Below are positions 16,053 to 25,896 of a DNA stretch of 61,725 nucleotides, piece by piece; positions within the stretch are counted from its first letter, which is position 1; each line of letters begins with the position of its first letter. A program made the translations under genes and the position numbers. The notes beneath the pieces are model-generated. The model ran no database searches. It was not told the DNA's origin and worked only from the letters and a program-made list of their open reading frames with translations. Origin of the DNA: a virus (taxonomy: Duplodnaviria > Caudoviricetes); the IMG/VR virus record IMGVR_UViG_3300043409_000886, positions 1 to 61,725 of that record. One strand, given 5' to 3'.

Positions 16053-16433
16053 ATGGCTACAAAGTACGACCCAAAAATGTTGCCCACTATCCTCGAGATG
16101 GGGAAAGCCGGCGCGTCTCAAAAGATGATCTGGTCGGTGCTGGGTATATCCAGCTCCACCGCAGCCGCGTGGAAGAAGAAGTACCCCGACTTCGCGGAGA
16201 CCCTCGACTTGGCGCTGGTGCACTCACAGGCGCACTGGGAGCGGACGATGCTGGCCAACGCGGAAAATAAAAACTTCAACACCCGCATGGTAGAGATTGC
16301 CGTGAGGGGGCAGTTCCCGCTCGACTACAAGGAGCAGCGCGAGCAGAAGGTGGAGGTCAAGGCCGACGTCAACATCGACTTTGGCGCCGCCGTGACCGAC
16401 CTGATAAAGCAACTGAAAGATACAAAAGACTAA
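16053..16433 (+). CDS. terS: Putative terminase small subunit (HTH)
   Basis: TKYDP...G.S......LGIS.ST...WKKKYPDFAE.L, typical TerS N-terminus; own late-class promoter and terminator. Confidence 0.6.
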   Translation: MATKYDPKMLPTILEMGKAGASQKMIWSVLGISSSTAAAWKKKYPDFAETLDLALVHSQAHWERTMLANAENKNFNTRMVEIAVRGQFPLDYKEQREQKVEVKADVNIDFGAAVTDLIKQLKDTKD

Positions 16434-16456
16434 ATCCGCCCCACCTAAAAAATATA

Positions 16457-16488
16457 TAAAAATAGGAGCCCTAGGCTCCTATTTTTTT
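16457..16488. terminator. Bidirectional intrinsic terminator overlapping a TATAAG -10
   Basis: AAAAAATAGGAGCC-CTA-GGCTCCTATTTTTTT. Confidence 0.75.
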
Positions 16489-16531
16489 GTATAAGTAGTT
16501 ATACGACTAACCAGAGTGAAAAGGACTAAAC

Positions 16532-17665
16532 ATGACAGCCCACGCAATTCTATCCGCATCCTCCTCCAAGAGGTGGCTCACCTGCACCCCCTCAGCGAGG
16601 CTGGAGGCCACGCTCCCCGAGCGCAGGTCAGCCCCCGGGGCGTTCAACTTCTCCGAGGAGGGGACGACGGCGCACACCTTGGCCGACATCAAGCTGCGCC
16701 GCGCCTACAACCAGATGACCGGGAAGGAGTACGCCGCGGAGTACGCCAAGGTCAGGGCGACCCAGTACTACGACGATGAGTTCGAGTCCTACGTGGATGG
16801 GTACGTCGTCTACATACGGAGCCAGATTGGTGAGGGGGACCGCCCCCTGTTCGAGCAGCGCGTGGACTACTCCGAGTGGGCGCCCGACGGGTTCGGCACG
16901 GCGGACGTGGTGATCCTCTCCGAGCGCAAGGTGCGGGTCATCGACCTGAAATTCGGGAAGGGCGTCCCGGTGGACGCGCGCGACAACCCGCAGCTGAGGC
17001 TGTACGCCCTCGGCGCCTACGCCAAGTACCGGGAGGAGTTCCCCAACATCACGGAGGTGGAGTACACGATATGCCAGCCCCGTCTGGACTCCATCACAAC
17101 CGACCACACGACCGTGGAGCGGCTCCTCGACTGGGCGGACTACTTCGTCAAGCAGAAGGCCAAGAAGGCGTGGACGGGGGTAGGGGATTTTGTGGCGGGG
17201 GATCACTGCCAGTTCTGCCGCGCGAAGAGCCAGTGCCGGGCGCGGTCGGACTTCAACAACGACATCGCCAAGCTCGAGTTCCGCGCGCCGGCCCTGCTAG
17301 ATTCTGGGGAGATGGAGCTAATTCTTGGCAAGTCCTCCAAGATGAAGGCGTGGCTCACGGACGTGGAGGTCTGGGCGCTCGACCGTGCGGTGAACGAGGG
17401 GACGCTCCCGACCGGGTACCACCTCGGGCGTGGGACGACCCACCGCAAGATAACGGACGAGGTGGCGGCGGCGGAGCGGCTGATAGCGGCCGGGATCGAG
17501 GAGGACAAGATTTGGGAGAACCGCGCCCTGAAGTCCATCGCCAAGCTGGAGAAGGTCGGGAAGAAGGAGCACATACAGCACGTGCTGGGTGAGCTCATCA
17601 CCCGCCCCGAGGGCGCACTGAAGCTCATACGCGTCGACGAAGACGCCAAGAAGGACTTCGCGTGA
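16532..17665 (+). CDS. Cas4-like PD-(D/E)xK exonuclease (DUF2800)
   Basis: HAILSASSSKRWLTC, EEGTTAH, FGTAD...IDLKFGKG, QLRLYALG, HCQFCRAKSQCRAR. Confidence 0.85.
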   Translation: MTAHAILSASSSKRWLTCTPSARLEATLPERRSAPGAFNFSEEGTTAHTLADIKLRRAYNQMTGKEYAAEYAKVRATQYYDDEFESYVDGYVVYIRSQIGEGDRPLFEQRVDYSEWAPDGFGTADVVILSERKVRVIDLKFGKGVPVDARDNPQLRLYALGAYAKYREEFPNITEVEYTICQPRLDSITTDHTTVERLLDWADYFVKQKAKKAWTGVGDFVAGDHCQFCRAKSQCRARSDFNNDIAKLEFRAPALLDSGEMELILGKSSKMKAWLTDVEVWALDRAVNEGTLPTGYHLGRGTTHRKITDEVAAAERLIAAGIEEDKIWENRALKSIAKLEKVGKKEHIQHVLGELITRPEGALKLIRVDEDAKKDFA

Positions 17666-17805
17666 GCCCGTGGCTGATAGTCCTCGTGGGGCTGATCTAC
17701 CTCGCCATCTCCGCCGAGCAGATCACGAAGGGGCAGATAGGGCTGGGGGTAATGTACCTCGGGTACGCCATCGGCAACGTGGGGCTGTACATGGTGACGA
17801 CGTGA
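17662..17805 (+). CDS. Small two-helix membrane protein (not in ORF track)
   Basis: GTGA overlap; MSPWLIVLVGLIYLAISAEQITKGQIGLGVMYLGYAIGNVGLYMVTT. Confidence 0.65.
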   Translation: MSPWLIVLVGLIYLAISAEQITKGQIGLGVMYLGYAIGNVGLYMVTT

Positions 17806-18059
17806 TCGTACACATGTTCGACCGCAAGTACCGAGTCTCGGAGGAGGAAATCGAGTTCTTCTTCGACAAGTTCTCCGAGCCCGTGCGGGAGCGCAACCGT
17901 GTGGTATTATCTGGACTGAAGGAGCTCATCGCGGCGGCCATGTTCATACCGCAGGAGGTGCCCCACATGCGGGACGACCCCGCCGCGGTGCAGAACCTGA
18001 TCGCCGCGATAGCCATGAAGTTGGCGCTGATCCAGCACGGCGCTTTTTACGACGCATGA
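17802..18059 (+). CDS. Hypothetical protein
   Basis: GTGA overlap; 3' part of ORF 17670..18059. Confidence 0.55.
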   Translation: MIVHMFDRKYRVSEEEIEFFFDKFSEPVRERNRVVLSGLKELIAAAMFIPQEVPHMRDDPAAVQNLIAAIAMKLALIQHGAFYDA

Positions 18060-18098
18060 TGTCAGAAAAACTACCCTGTTTTTCTGACAAAAAAAGAT

Positions 18099-18126
18099 TT
18101 GCTATTTGGCTCGGAGTTTGTATAAG
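18099..18126 (+). promoter_or_regulatory. Promoter class TTG-type -35, N16, TATAAG
   Basis: TTGCTA TTTGGCTCGGAGTTTG TATAAGT. Confidence 0.6.
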
Positions 18127-18202
18127 TGTAGGTAAGCAAGGGGCAGACGCGCCGCCCCCCACTGAAGTGCGGCGCTTTCGTAGTTACTAGGAGATTTAAA
18201 CC

Positions 18203-18718
18203 ATGGCACAATCCACAAAAGTAAAAGTCGTGACCGGCAAGGTACGTTTTAGCTACGCCAACGTGTTCACCCCTGTCGCCTCTGAAGAGGGCAAGACCCC
18301 CAAGTTCTCGGTCTCGCTCATCATCCCCAAGTCCGACAAGGAGACCATCAAGAAGATCGAGGCAGCCTACGAAGAAGTCAAGGCTGGCGCCGCGGCGTTC
18401 TTCGGTGGTACGGTGCCCAAGGGTCTGAAGGGCGGCCTGCGCGACGGTGACGAGGAGAAGGACGACGCGGCCTACGCCAACGCGTACTTCATCAACGCCA
18501 ACTCGGTGCAGCGTCCGGGACTCGTCGATGGCGACATGAACGCCATCATCAGCCCCGAGGACTTCTACTCAGGCTGCTACGGCCGCGCCTCCCTGACGTT
18601 CTACCCGTACAACCAGCAGGGCAGCAAGGGCATCGCGGTGGGACTCAACAACCTCCAGAAGACGGCGGACGGCGACAAACTCGGCGGCGGCTCCTCGGCG
18701 GCTCAGGACTTCGCTTAA
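18203..18718 (+). CDS. ssDNA-binding protein (DUF2815, gp2.5-like)
   Basis: VRFSYANVF, LRDGD, FYSGCYGRAS, GLNNLQK..DG..LGG. Confidence 0.85.
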   Translation: MAQSTKVKVVTGKVRFSYANVFTPVASEEGKTPKFSVSLIIPKSDKETIKKIEAAYEEVKAGAAAFFGGTVPKGLKGGLRDGDEEKDDAAYANAYFINANSVQRPGLVDGDMNAIISPEDFYSGCYGRASLTFYPYNQQGSKGIAVGLNNLQKTADGDKLGGGSSAAQDFA

Positions 18719-18741
18719 CTAACCCAGAAAGGAAAGGCATC

Positions 18742-19098
18742 ATGGCAAAAGCAAAAGTAAAGTCGGAAAAGGTTGACCACGTGAAGTTTAACCACGACAC
18801 GCTGGGCTTTATCAGCGTGCAGGGCAACGCGGCCGGTTCGGACGATTACGACATCGAGGTGTCAATCTCGGACGGGGAGGATCGCCTCAACCTGTACCTC
18901 AACGCCAACTGGCAAAGCAAGAACCCTGTGGAGCTCCTGAAGATGTATCAGGAGGGGATCAGCAAGGCGCTTGAGTTTGTCGCCAAGGCCAGCAAGATGG
19001 GCCCCCGGGAAAACGTCTGGAACACCAACAGCATCAACAAGCAGACGGAGGACAAGATTCGCGCAAAGAAACCCTTGGCAAAAGCGAAGTTCCTGTAG
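18742..19098 (+). CDS. Hypothetical protein
   Basis: AAGGAAAGG RBS. Confidence 0.7.
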   Translation: MAKAKVKSEKVDHVKFNHDTLGFISVQGNAAGSDDYDIEVSISDGEDRLNLYLNANWQSKNPVELLKMYQEGISKALEFVAKASKMGPRENVWNTNSINKQTEDKIRAKKPLAKAKFL

Positions 19099-19103
19099 GC
19101 GGC

Positions 19104-19130
19104 AACCCCCCACCCTAGGGTGGGGGTTTT
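19104..19130 (+). terminator. Intrinsic terminator-like hairpin
   Basis: AACCCCCCACCCTAGGGTGGGGGTTTT. Confidence 0.55.
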
Positions 19131-19143
19131 ACCCGGAGGCAGT

Positions 19144-19404
19144 ATGAATTTTGGCAACGCAATTGAGTATTTGAAGACGGGCGACAAGCTGGCACGTAAG
19201 GGCTGGAACGGCGCGGGGATGTATATCTACCTCGTGGACGGCGGCTCGTTTGTTGTAAATCGCGAGCCCCTAATGTCGATTCTTGGCAGGGGCACCTTGG
19301 CAACCTACAGGTCTCACGTTGACATGAAGACGGCGGACGGGAGTCTGGTACCGTGGGTTTGCTCGCAGACGGACATGCTCGCGGAGGACTGGGAGACTGT
19401 GTAA
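19144..19404 (+). CDS. tad2: DUF2829 / Thoeris anti-defence Tad2-like nucleotide-signal sponge
   Basis: MNFG.AI..LK.G...AR.GWNG..MY....PW..SQTDMLAEDW. Confidence 0.8.
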   Translation: MNFGNAIEYLKTGDKLARKGWNGAGMYIYLVDGGSFVVNREPLMSILGRGTLATYRSHVDMKTADGSLVPWVCSQTDMLAEDWETV

Positions 19405-19477
19405 CTGAATAACTGGTCCGGGGGCAACCAGTACCCAATGCCCCCCAACACCACACAACCACACAAATATAAAACCT

Positions 19478-21352
19478 ATGGATCAATATCAAGAGTACAT
19501 TGCGGCGAGCCGCTACGCGCGGTACATCGACGACAAGGGTCGCCGCGAGACGTGGGCCGAGACCGTCGAGCGTTTTGTCGACTACATTTTCACCCGCACA
19601 CCAGCCATCACCAACGACACCGTCCTGCGCAAGGAGGTGCAGGAGGCCGTGTTTAACCTCGAGGTCATGCCCTCCATGCGCGCCGTCATGACGGCCGGCA
19701 AGAGCGCGGACAGGGACAACACCTGCGTCTACAACTGCAGCTACCTGCCCGTGGACGACCCCAAGTCGTTCGACGAGGCCATGTTCATCCTGCTCTGCGG
19801 CACCGGGGTGGGGTTCTCGGTGGAGTCGAAGTACATCACCCAGCTCCCCGAGATTCCCGAGACGCTCTTCCCCAGCGAGCACACCATCATGGTGCACGAC
19901 AGCAAGGAGGGCTGGGCGAAGTCCTTCCGGCTGCTGCTGGCGCACCTGTACGCCGGGGAGATACCCCAGTGGGACGTCTCCCGCATCCGCGCCGCCGGCG
20001 CCCGGCTGAAGACCTTCGGCGGCCGCGCCTCAGGCCCCGGACCGCTCGTGGACCTCTTCGAGTTCGCGGTGGCCATGTTTAAGAACGCCAAGGGCCGCAG
20101 GCTGCACTCCCTCGAGTGCCACGACCTGATGTGCAAGGTGGGCGAGGTGGTGGTCGTGGGTGGCGTGCGCCGCTCTGCGATGATTAGCCTCTCCGACTTG
20201 GACGACGAGCGCATCCGCCACGCCAAGGCGGGGCCGTGGTGGGAGCTCTCACCGCACAGGGCTCTGGCCAACAACTCCGCGGTCTACAACGAGACCCCGA
20301 GCGTCGGGAAGTTCATGGAGGAGTGGAGCTCGCTTTACAACTCACACTCCGGGGAGCGCGGCATATTCAACCGTGAGGCGGCCAAGAAGGCCGTGGCCAA
20401 GTACGAGAACCGGGACCCGGATCACGAGTTTGGCACCAACCCCTGCTCGGAGATCATCCTGCGGCCGTACCAGTTCTGCAACCTGACCGAGGTGGTGGTG
20501 CGCGCGGAGGACTCATTTGAGGACATCAAGCGCAAGGTGCGCATAGCCACCCTGCTGGGGACGGTGCAGTCAACCTTCACCAAGTTCCCGTACCTGCGCA
20601 AGCTCTGGCAAAAGAACACCGAGGAGGAGCGTCTCTTGGGTGTCTCCATGACGGGCATCTTCGACCACACGTCTCTGTGCACGGCAGGCCCTGAGCTCGA
20701 CGCCGCGCTGGCCGACCTGCGCGCCTACGCCCGCACCGTCAACGTGGAGCTGGCCGCCAAGCTGGGGATACCCGCCAGCACGGCCATCACCTGCGTAAAA
20801 CCTTCGGGAACGGTTTCGCAATTAGTCAACTCGGCCTCGGGGATACACCCCCGCCACGCCAAGCACTACATCCGCAGGGTGCGGGGGGACAAGAAGGACC
20901 CACTCTCGCAGTTCCTTATCTCACAGGGCGTGCCGGCGGAGGACTGCGTCTACAAGCCCACGCAGACCACCGTGTTCAGCTTCCCGCAGCGCGCCCCGGC
21001 GGGGCTCACACGGGACGAGGTGACACCCATCCAGCACCTCGAGCTGTGGCTGGCGTATCAGCGGCACTGGTGCGAGCACAAGCCCTCCGTGACGATCTCC
21101 GTGGAGGAGAAAGACTGGCCATCGGTTGGGGCGTGGGTCTGGGAGCACTTCGACGAAATCAGCGGGGTCTCCTTCCTGCCCTACGACGGCGGGACGTACC
21201 GTCAGGCGCCCTACGAGACCTGCATTGAGGCCGAGTACGAGGCGATGAAGGCCGCGATGCCCACGATCAAGTGGGAGGAGTTCCGTGAGCTCACCGACAA
21301 CGTGGAGGGCGCCCAGATGCTGGCCTGCACGGCGGGGGTCTGCGAGATTTAA
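19478..21352 (+). CDS. nrdJ: Class II (B12-dependent) ribonucleotide reductase
   Basis: YNCSY, GVRRSAMI, TNPCSEI, CNLTE, CVKPSGTVSQL, C-terminal ACTAGVCEI; no beta subunit seen. Confidence 0.9.
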   Translation: MDQYQEYIAASRYARYIDDKGRRETWAETVERFVDYIFTRTPAITNDTVLRKEVQEAVFNLEVMPSMRAVMTAGKSADRDNTCVYNCSYLPVDDPKSFDEAMFILLCGTGVGFSVESKYITQLPEIPETLFPSEHTIMVHDSKEGWAKSFRLLLAHLYAGEIPQWDVSRIRAAGARLKTFGGRASGPGPLVDLFEFAVAMFKNAKGRRLHSLECHDLMCKVGEVVVVGGVRRSAMISLSDLDDERIRHAKAGPWWELSPHRALANNSAVYNETPSVGKFMEEWSSLYNSHSGERGIFNREAAKKAVAKYENRDPDHEFGTNPCSEIILRPYQFCNLTEVVVRAEDSFEDIKRKVRIATLLGTVQSTFTKFPYLRKLWQKNTEEERLLGVSMTGIFDHTSLCTAGPELDAALADLRAYARTVNVELAAKLGIPASTAITCVKPSGTVSQLVNSASGIHPRHAKHYIRRVRGDKKDPLSQFLISQGVPAEDCVYKPTQTTVFSFPQRAPAGLTRDEVTPIQHLELWLAYQRHWCEHKPSVTISVEEKDWPSVGAWVWEHFDEISGVSFLPYDGGTYRQAPYETCIEAEYEAMKAAMPTIKWEEFRELTDNVEGAQMLACTAGVCEI

Positions 21353-21373
21353 ATGTGTGTGGTGCGGTAGCCT

Positions 21374-21406
21374 TGGGGGAGGCCTTGCGGTCTCCCCATT
21401 TTTTTG
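21374..21406 (+). terminator. Intrinsic terminator
   Basis: GGGGAGGCC-TTGC-GGTCTCCCC then T8. Confidence 0.7.
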
Positions 21407-21453
21407 CTAGTATCTAAATCCGCGGATTTGTCCGCCAGCCCTAGGAGCTAACC

Positions 21454-23358
21454 ATGATAGTCAATCTGGACTTTGAGACACGCAGCCACGTCGACCTGAA
21501 GGTGCACGGCCTCGACCGCTACGCCAAGGACGTCACCACCGAGGTGATCTGCATGGCCTACTGCACCAACGGAGCCAACATAAAGCTCTGGTACCCCGAG
21601 TCCAAGGCGGCGCTGCCCGCCCTCGTGTACGACCCCGCCACCGTATTCGTCGCATGGAACGCGGCGTTTGAGTACAACATTCTCCGCAACGTGCTGAACA
21701 TCCCCGTCCGCTGGGAGCAGTTTGTCGACAGCATGGCACTCGCCGGCGCTAACAACATCCCCCAGAGCCTCGAGGAGGCCGCCATCTTCACCAAGGTGAC
21801 GGAACAAAAAGACCCCACAGGGAAGCGGCTCATCAACAAGCTCTCCAAGCCACGCCCCGACAGCACCTTCAACAAAGACCCCGAGCTGCTGCAGCAGATG
21901 TACGAATACTGCCGGCAGGACGTGCGCACCGAGATGGCCATAGCCGCCACCCTGACCCCCCTCACAGCCTCAGAGCAGGGGCTGTGGGTCCTGACCCAGC
22001 GGATCAACGACAGGGGCGTCCCGGTCGACCCTGTGGAGCTACAGCGCGCCATGGAGGCGGTGGAGCACGCCAAGGTTGACGTGGAGCAAGAGATAAAGGC
22101 GCTCACTGGGGGGATAGCCGCCACGCAGCCCGCGAAGCTGGTGGCGTGGCTCACCGCGCGCGGTGTGGTGGCGAAGGACCTCACCGCGGAGACGGTGGAG
22201 GCGCTCCTGCGTGACAAGAACGTAATCGGGGACGCCCGCCGTGTGCTGGAGCTGCGTGCTTTGGGCTCCTCCACCAGCGTGGCCAAGTTCGCGAAGATGA
22301 TGGAGATACAGTCCGGGGGGCGCATCCGCAACCTGTTCGTCTACCACGGCGCCTCCACGGGCCGGTTCGCCTCACGCGGGGGGCTCAACCTGCAGAACCT
22401 CCCGCGCCCACAGATACCCGACGAGGCCGTCCCTGAGGTCATAGGGCGCGTGCTGGAGGGTGGCGGGTCTGGGTCGGTGCCAGAGCTCGCCAGCGTGGTG
22501 CGCGCCACCATCAAGGCGCCCGAGGGACTGACGTTCGTCGACGCGGACTTCTCCTCGGTGGAGAACCGGGTCGGGGTCTGGATACCGAACCAGAAAGACA
22601 AGCTGCAGATGTTCCGTGACGGGCTGGATGAGTACAAGGTCTTCGCCTCGACGGCGCTCTACAACGTCCCCTACGAGGAGGTCACCAAGGAGATGCGCCA
22701 GCACACCAAGCCCGCCGTGCTGGGGTGCCTGTTCGGTCAGGGCAAGAACGGGCTCGTCAAGTACGCCGCCGGGATGGGTGTCGCGCTGACGGAGGTGGAG
22801 TCAGAGCGCGCGGTGACGCGGTACCGTGAGAGTTATTACGCCGTGAAGAAGTGCTGGTATGAGCTGGACAGCCTCGCCGTGCTGGCGGTGCAGAACCCCT
22901 GCACGGACTTCACCCTTGCCTCGAAGCGCGGCACCCTGCGCCACGAAAAGGGAATGCTGTGGCTGAGGCTGCCCAGTGGGCGCCGCATAGCGTGGCAGAA
23001 GCCTGAGGTCGGGGAGCATACCACCCCGTGGGGATCAGTGAAGGTCGGGGTCAGCGTCCTCAACCAGAACACGTTCACCCGTAAGTGGGGACGGAACGTC
23101 CTTATTGGGGACTCTATCTTTCAGTCCCTCGTTCAGGGTACCGCTCGGGACCTTCTTACCGCTGCGTTGACCGCGCTTGACGCTGACGGTCTTGATGTGA
23201 TCGGACACTTTCACGATGAGGTGCTCCTTCTCGCGCCCCTCGACAAATCAGAGGGGGTTCTGTCCCGCGTAATTAGTGTGATGACGACCCCGCCGCCGTG
23301 GGCTCTGGATTTGCCACTAGCAGCGGAGGGCTGGGTGGGGAGTAGATTCAGGAAGTGA
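21454..23358 (+). CDS. polA: DNA polymerase family A with 3'-5' exonuclease
   Basis: DFET and AWNAAFE exo motifs; TGRF; motif A DFSSVENR; motif B R..K...L...FG; motif C HDE. Confidence 0.92.
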   Translation: MIVNLDFETRSHVDLKVHGLDRYAKDVTTEVICMAYCTNGANIKLWYPESKAALPALVYDPATVFVAWNAAFEYNILRNVLNIPVRWEQFVDSMALAGANNIPQSLEEAAIFTKVTEQKDPTGKRLINKLSKPRPDSTFNKDPELLQQMYEYCRQDVRTEMAIAATLTPLTASEQGLWVLTQRINDRGVPVDPVELQRAMEAVEHAKVDVEQEIKALTGGIAATQPAKLVAWLTARGVVAKDLTAETVEALLRDKNVIGDARRVLELRALGSSTSVAKFAKMMEIQSGGRIRNLFVYHGASTGRFASRGGLNLQNLPRPQIPDEAVPEVIGRVLEGGGSGSVPELASVVRATIKAPEGLTFVDADFSSVENRVGVWIPNQKDKLQMFRDGLDEYKVFASTALYNVPYEEVTKEMRQHTKPAVLGCLFGQGKNGLVKYAAGMGVALTEVESERAVTRYRESYYAVKKCWYELDSLAVLAVQNPCTDFTLASKRGTLRHEKGMLWLRLPSGRRIAWQKPEVGEHTTPWGSVKVGVSVLNQNTFTRKWGRNVLIGDSIFQSLVQGTARDLLTAALTALDADGLDVIGHFHDEVLLLAPLDKSEGVLSRVISVMTTPPPWALDLPLAAEGWVGSRFRK

Positions 23359-23361
23359 TTG

Positions 23362-25896
23362 TTACTTGTTCCGTTTCGATATGGCTCGAGCCTTCGCCCG
23401 GGCGTCCTCTTTGCTGGCGGCGCCCCACGCCCTCAGCGAGAGCGCCAGCCGTGTGGGCTTGCCGTCCTTGGCCATCGGGCCGGGCATGTTGCCCATCCGG
23501 GCGAGGAAGGACGCGCGGCGCGGGTTGTCCCCGCCCTTGACCGGGGGCTTCAGCGTGCCACCCGTCTGGGCGTGGTAGCTGGCCCGGCCGACGGCGTTGA
23601 GCCCGCCCGACTTAGACTTCCCTTCGGCGCGCTGCCACGCGGCTCCCCCGCCGGCGAGGTGCTGCACCTCCCCGCCGTCCTTAAACGTGGGGGAGGTTGG
23701 GTCGTTCTTGTCTAGGCGGAATTCGGGGTCATCTGGGCGAGCCTTGCGAGGCTTTTTGGCAAGCACCAGCGGCCCAATCTGGACGACCTCCTCCGCACCC
23801 TTGACCGGCAGCATGTCGGCCTTGTCGTAGAAGTAGGAGTGCCGGAAGGGGTTCATCCCAACCTGAGCCCACTCGGGGTTCTTCATGGCCTCTGCGGCGT
23901 ACCGCCTCAGCTCCTCGGGGTCGTGCTCCTGCCAGTCCCCAAATATCCGCGCGATCGTGGTCTTGTCCATCTCCCCGGTGGCGATTTTGTGGGTACCCTT
24001 TGGGGGTGATATAAACTCAAGCCCACCCTTCAGGTAGGACGTGGGGCCGTACCCTATTGACTTGCCCGAGAGCGCATCGTGCAAGGATACGACGTCTTGA
24101 CCATACACGTCCTTGGCCGGCACGTCCTGCCGCGTGGCCACGCGCGAGCCGTGGGGTATGTCTTTGTTGATCCCGATGATCCCAGTCTCAAGCTGCGGAG
24201 CTTTGAGAACGCTCGCTATGTCCTCAGGAGAAATAATCTTTGGGGGCTCGCCGTAGGGCGACACGGGGTGGTGCCGCTCGACGATGGCGCGGTATTCCGC
24301 GGGGGTTATTTGTCGGTTGCCCAGCGCCACGGCGGCCTCCTGAGAGGCCGGGACGCGTTTCTGAAAGACCCCGGTCTTGTTGGCGGCCTTCCACGCGGCT
24401 ACTGCGGCGTCGGTCAGCCCCAGCCGCTTTAGTATCTCCTCGGCGACACCAGTCTTACCCCCGCCGGCGAGGTGTTGAATGCTGCCGCCCTCCGCCTTGA
24501 CGCGGGTGACAGGCTTCGGGTAGAACACCGCCGCGGCCTCCGCGGAGGGGTTGAGGTAGCCCTCGTAGCCGTACTCCTTGACGAGGCGCTCCATGTCGTT
24601 CTGCGCCGAGGAGGCGTCAAGGACACCTTTGTTTGCCTCCGCGGTGTGGGGGCGGGTGTTAGACACCCGGGAGAGAAGGTTCAGCTTCTCGGGGTCCCTC
24701 TGCAGGTCGTAGAGGTTGTCTGACTCCGCGCGGTACCCGTACGGCCCCAGCTTGGCCTCAGGGACGCGCTCACCCAGCTCACCGGGGTAGAAGTAGGTCC
24801 TGTCCTTCGGCCCCGAGCCAAGCCGCACACGCTCCGCCTCGGCGCCGGCTATGCCACGGCCGTACATCCGTGGGTCGGTTGTCGTGAGGTTCGAGAGGGG
24901 GCTGTAGTGCGTCAGCGTCGCGGAGGTCGCGGTGCCCGACCGGGGGGTAATCAGGCCCTGCATGTAGTCCGGGATGCCCCCGAGGTAGCCCGGCTCGTTG
25001 AACTCAGGGGGCAGGATGAGTGACTTCTGGGGGGCGTACTGGAACGTGTCCATTATCTCCCTGCGCTGCTCCAGCAACTTGCCGAGGCTCTCATCGCGGC
25101 CGTACCTGCGCGCCTCGTTTATGGCCTCATCGACCTTGAGCAGCTCCGCCTTCATTGTGGCGTTGAGCGGGGAGTAGTTGACGAGGCTGTTCTGGCCGCG
25201 TGTCTCGGCGGTCATGGCGGGTCGTGCCAGATCGGTGTACATCGGCTGGTGCGCACCCCACGCCACCTCCTCACCCTTCGGCCCGAAGGGGTTCTTCTTG
25301 ATGCCGTGCCCGTAGAAGTCGTGCACCGCGCGGAACATCTCGTTGGAGTTGAGCCCCGTGCGGGGGTCGACGGCGTTAAGGAAGTCGTGCGGGTCCCCGC
25401 CCTGAAAGACGTTCAGGTGCCCCTGCTTGGTGACGTCGTCGATCATCGCCCCGCTGTTCGGGTAGTTGCCCTCCCCGGCGCGGTGGAAGGACATGCGCAC
25501 CGGGAGGGACTCGAACTGCTGCTGGGTCTCCTTGGCCATCTGCCCGTAGGACTTGCGGAGGAGGTCGTCGTAGTTCTTTATGCCGTGCTGCCGCACCATC
25601 TGGGGGTTCTTCTTCGCGTAGGCGTCAAAGACGGCGGTGCGGTACTGCGGGGAGTCCTCCACACCAAGGGAGTGCACACGGGCTATGCCCGACTGCTTCG
25701 CGAGTGAGGACTCGGGCACCTCGGCGGGGGCGTACTGCCGACCCAGCGCCTTCTCGACGTACCTCTGCGCCGACCTCAGTGGGTTCGTCGGGCCGGGTGT
25801 GAGACCCTCCTTGGCGACGCGGTAGAAGGGGCCCTCCTGCTTGGTGGCGTAGGCAAGCGCCGCCTTAATCTCCGCGAGTGTCGGAGCCTTAGCCAT
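23362..25896 (-). CDS. Large modular virion/ejection protein
   Basis: FRAVHDFYGH..GEE..ETRGQNS domain, further modules and a basic C-terminal domain, separated by xxxGGxxQHLAGGG linkers. Confidence 0.7.
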   Translation of the reverse strand: MAKAPTLAEIKAALAYATKQEGPFYRVAKEGLTPGPTNPLRSAQRYVEKALGRQYAPAEVPESSLAKQSGIARVHSLGVEDSPQYRTAVFDAYAKKNPQMVRQHGIKNYDDLLRKSYGQMAKETQQQFESLPVRMSFHRAGEGNYPNSGAMIDDVTKQGHLNVFQGGDPHDFLNAVDPRTGLNSNEMFRAVHDFYGHGIKKNPFGPKGEEVAWGAHQPMYTDLARPAMTAETRGQNSLVNYSPLNATMKAELLKVDEAINEARRYGRDESLGKLLEQRREIMDTFQYAPQKSLILPPEFNEPGYLGGIPDYMQGLITPRSGTATSATLTHYSPLSNLTTTDPRMYGRGIAGAEAERVRLGSGPKDRTYFYPGELGERVPEAKLGPYGYRAESDNLYDLQRDPEKLNLLSRVSNTRPHTAEANKGVLDASSAQNDMERLVKEYGYEGYLNPSAEAAAVFYPKPVTRVKAEGGSIQHLAGGGKTGVAEEILKRLGLTDAAVAAWKAANKTGVFQKRVPASQEAAVALGNRQITPAEYRAIVERHHPVSPYGEPPKIISPEDIASVLKAPQLETGIIGINKDIPHGSRVATRQDVPAKDVYGQDVVSLHDALSGKSIGYGPTSYLKGGLEFISPPKGTHKIATGEMDKTTIARIFGDWQEHDPEELRRYAAEAMKNPEWAQVGMNPFRHSYFYDKADMLPVKGAEEVVQIGPLVLAKKPRKARPDDPEFRLDKNDPTSPTFKDGGEVQHLAGGGAAWQRAEGKSKSGGLNAVGRASYHAQTGGTLKPPVKGGDNPRRASFLARMGNMPGPMAKDGKPTRLALSLRAWGAASKEDARAKARAISKRNK

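Noticed and set aside
16532-17665. Cas4 as part of a CRISPR system
   Set aside because: Context (SSB, PolA, helicase) is the standard phage DUF2800 replication module.
18135-18185. tRNA or riboswitch upstream of the SSB gene
   Set aside because: Short GC pairings only, with no cloverleaf or T-loop; no tRNA was recognised anywhere in the window.
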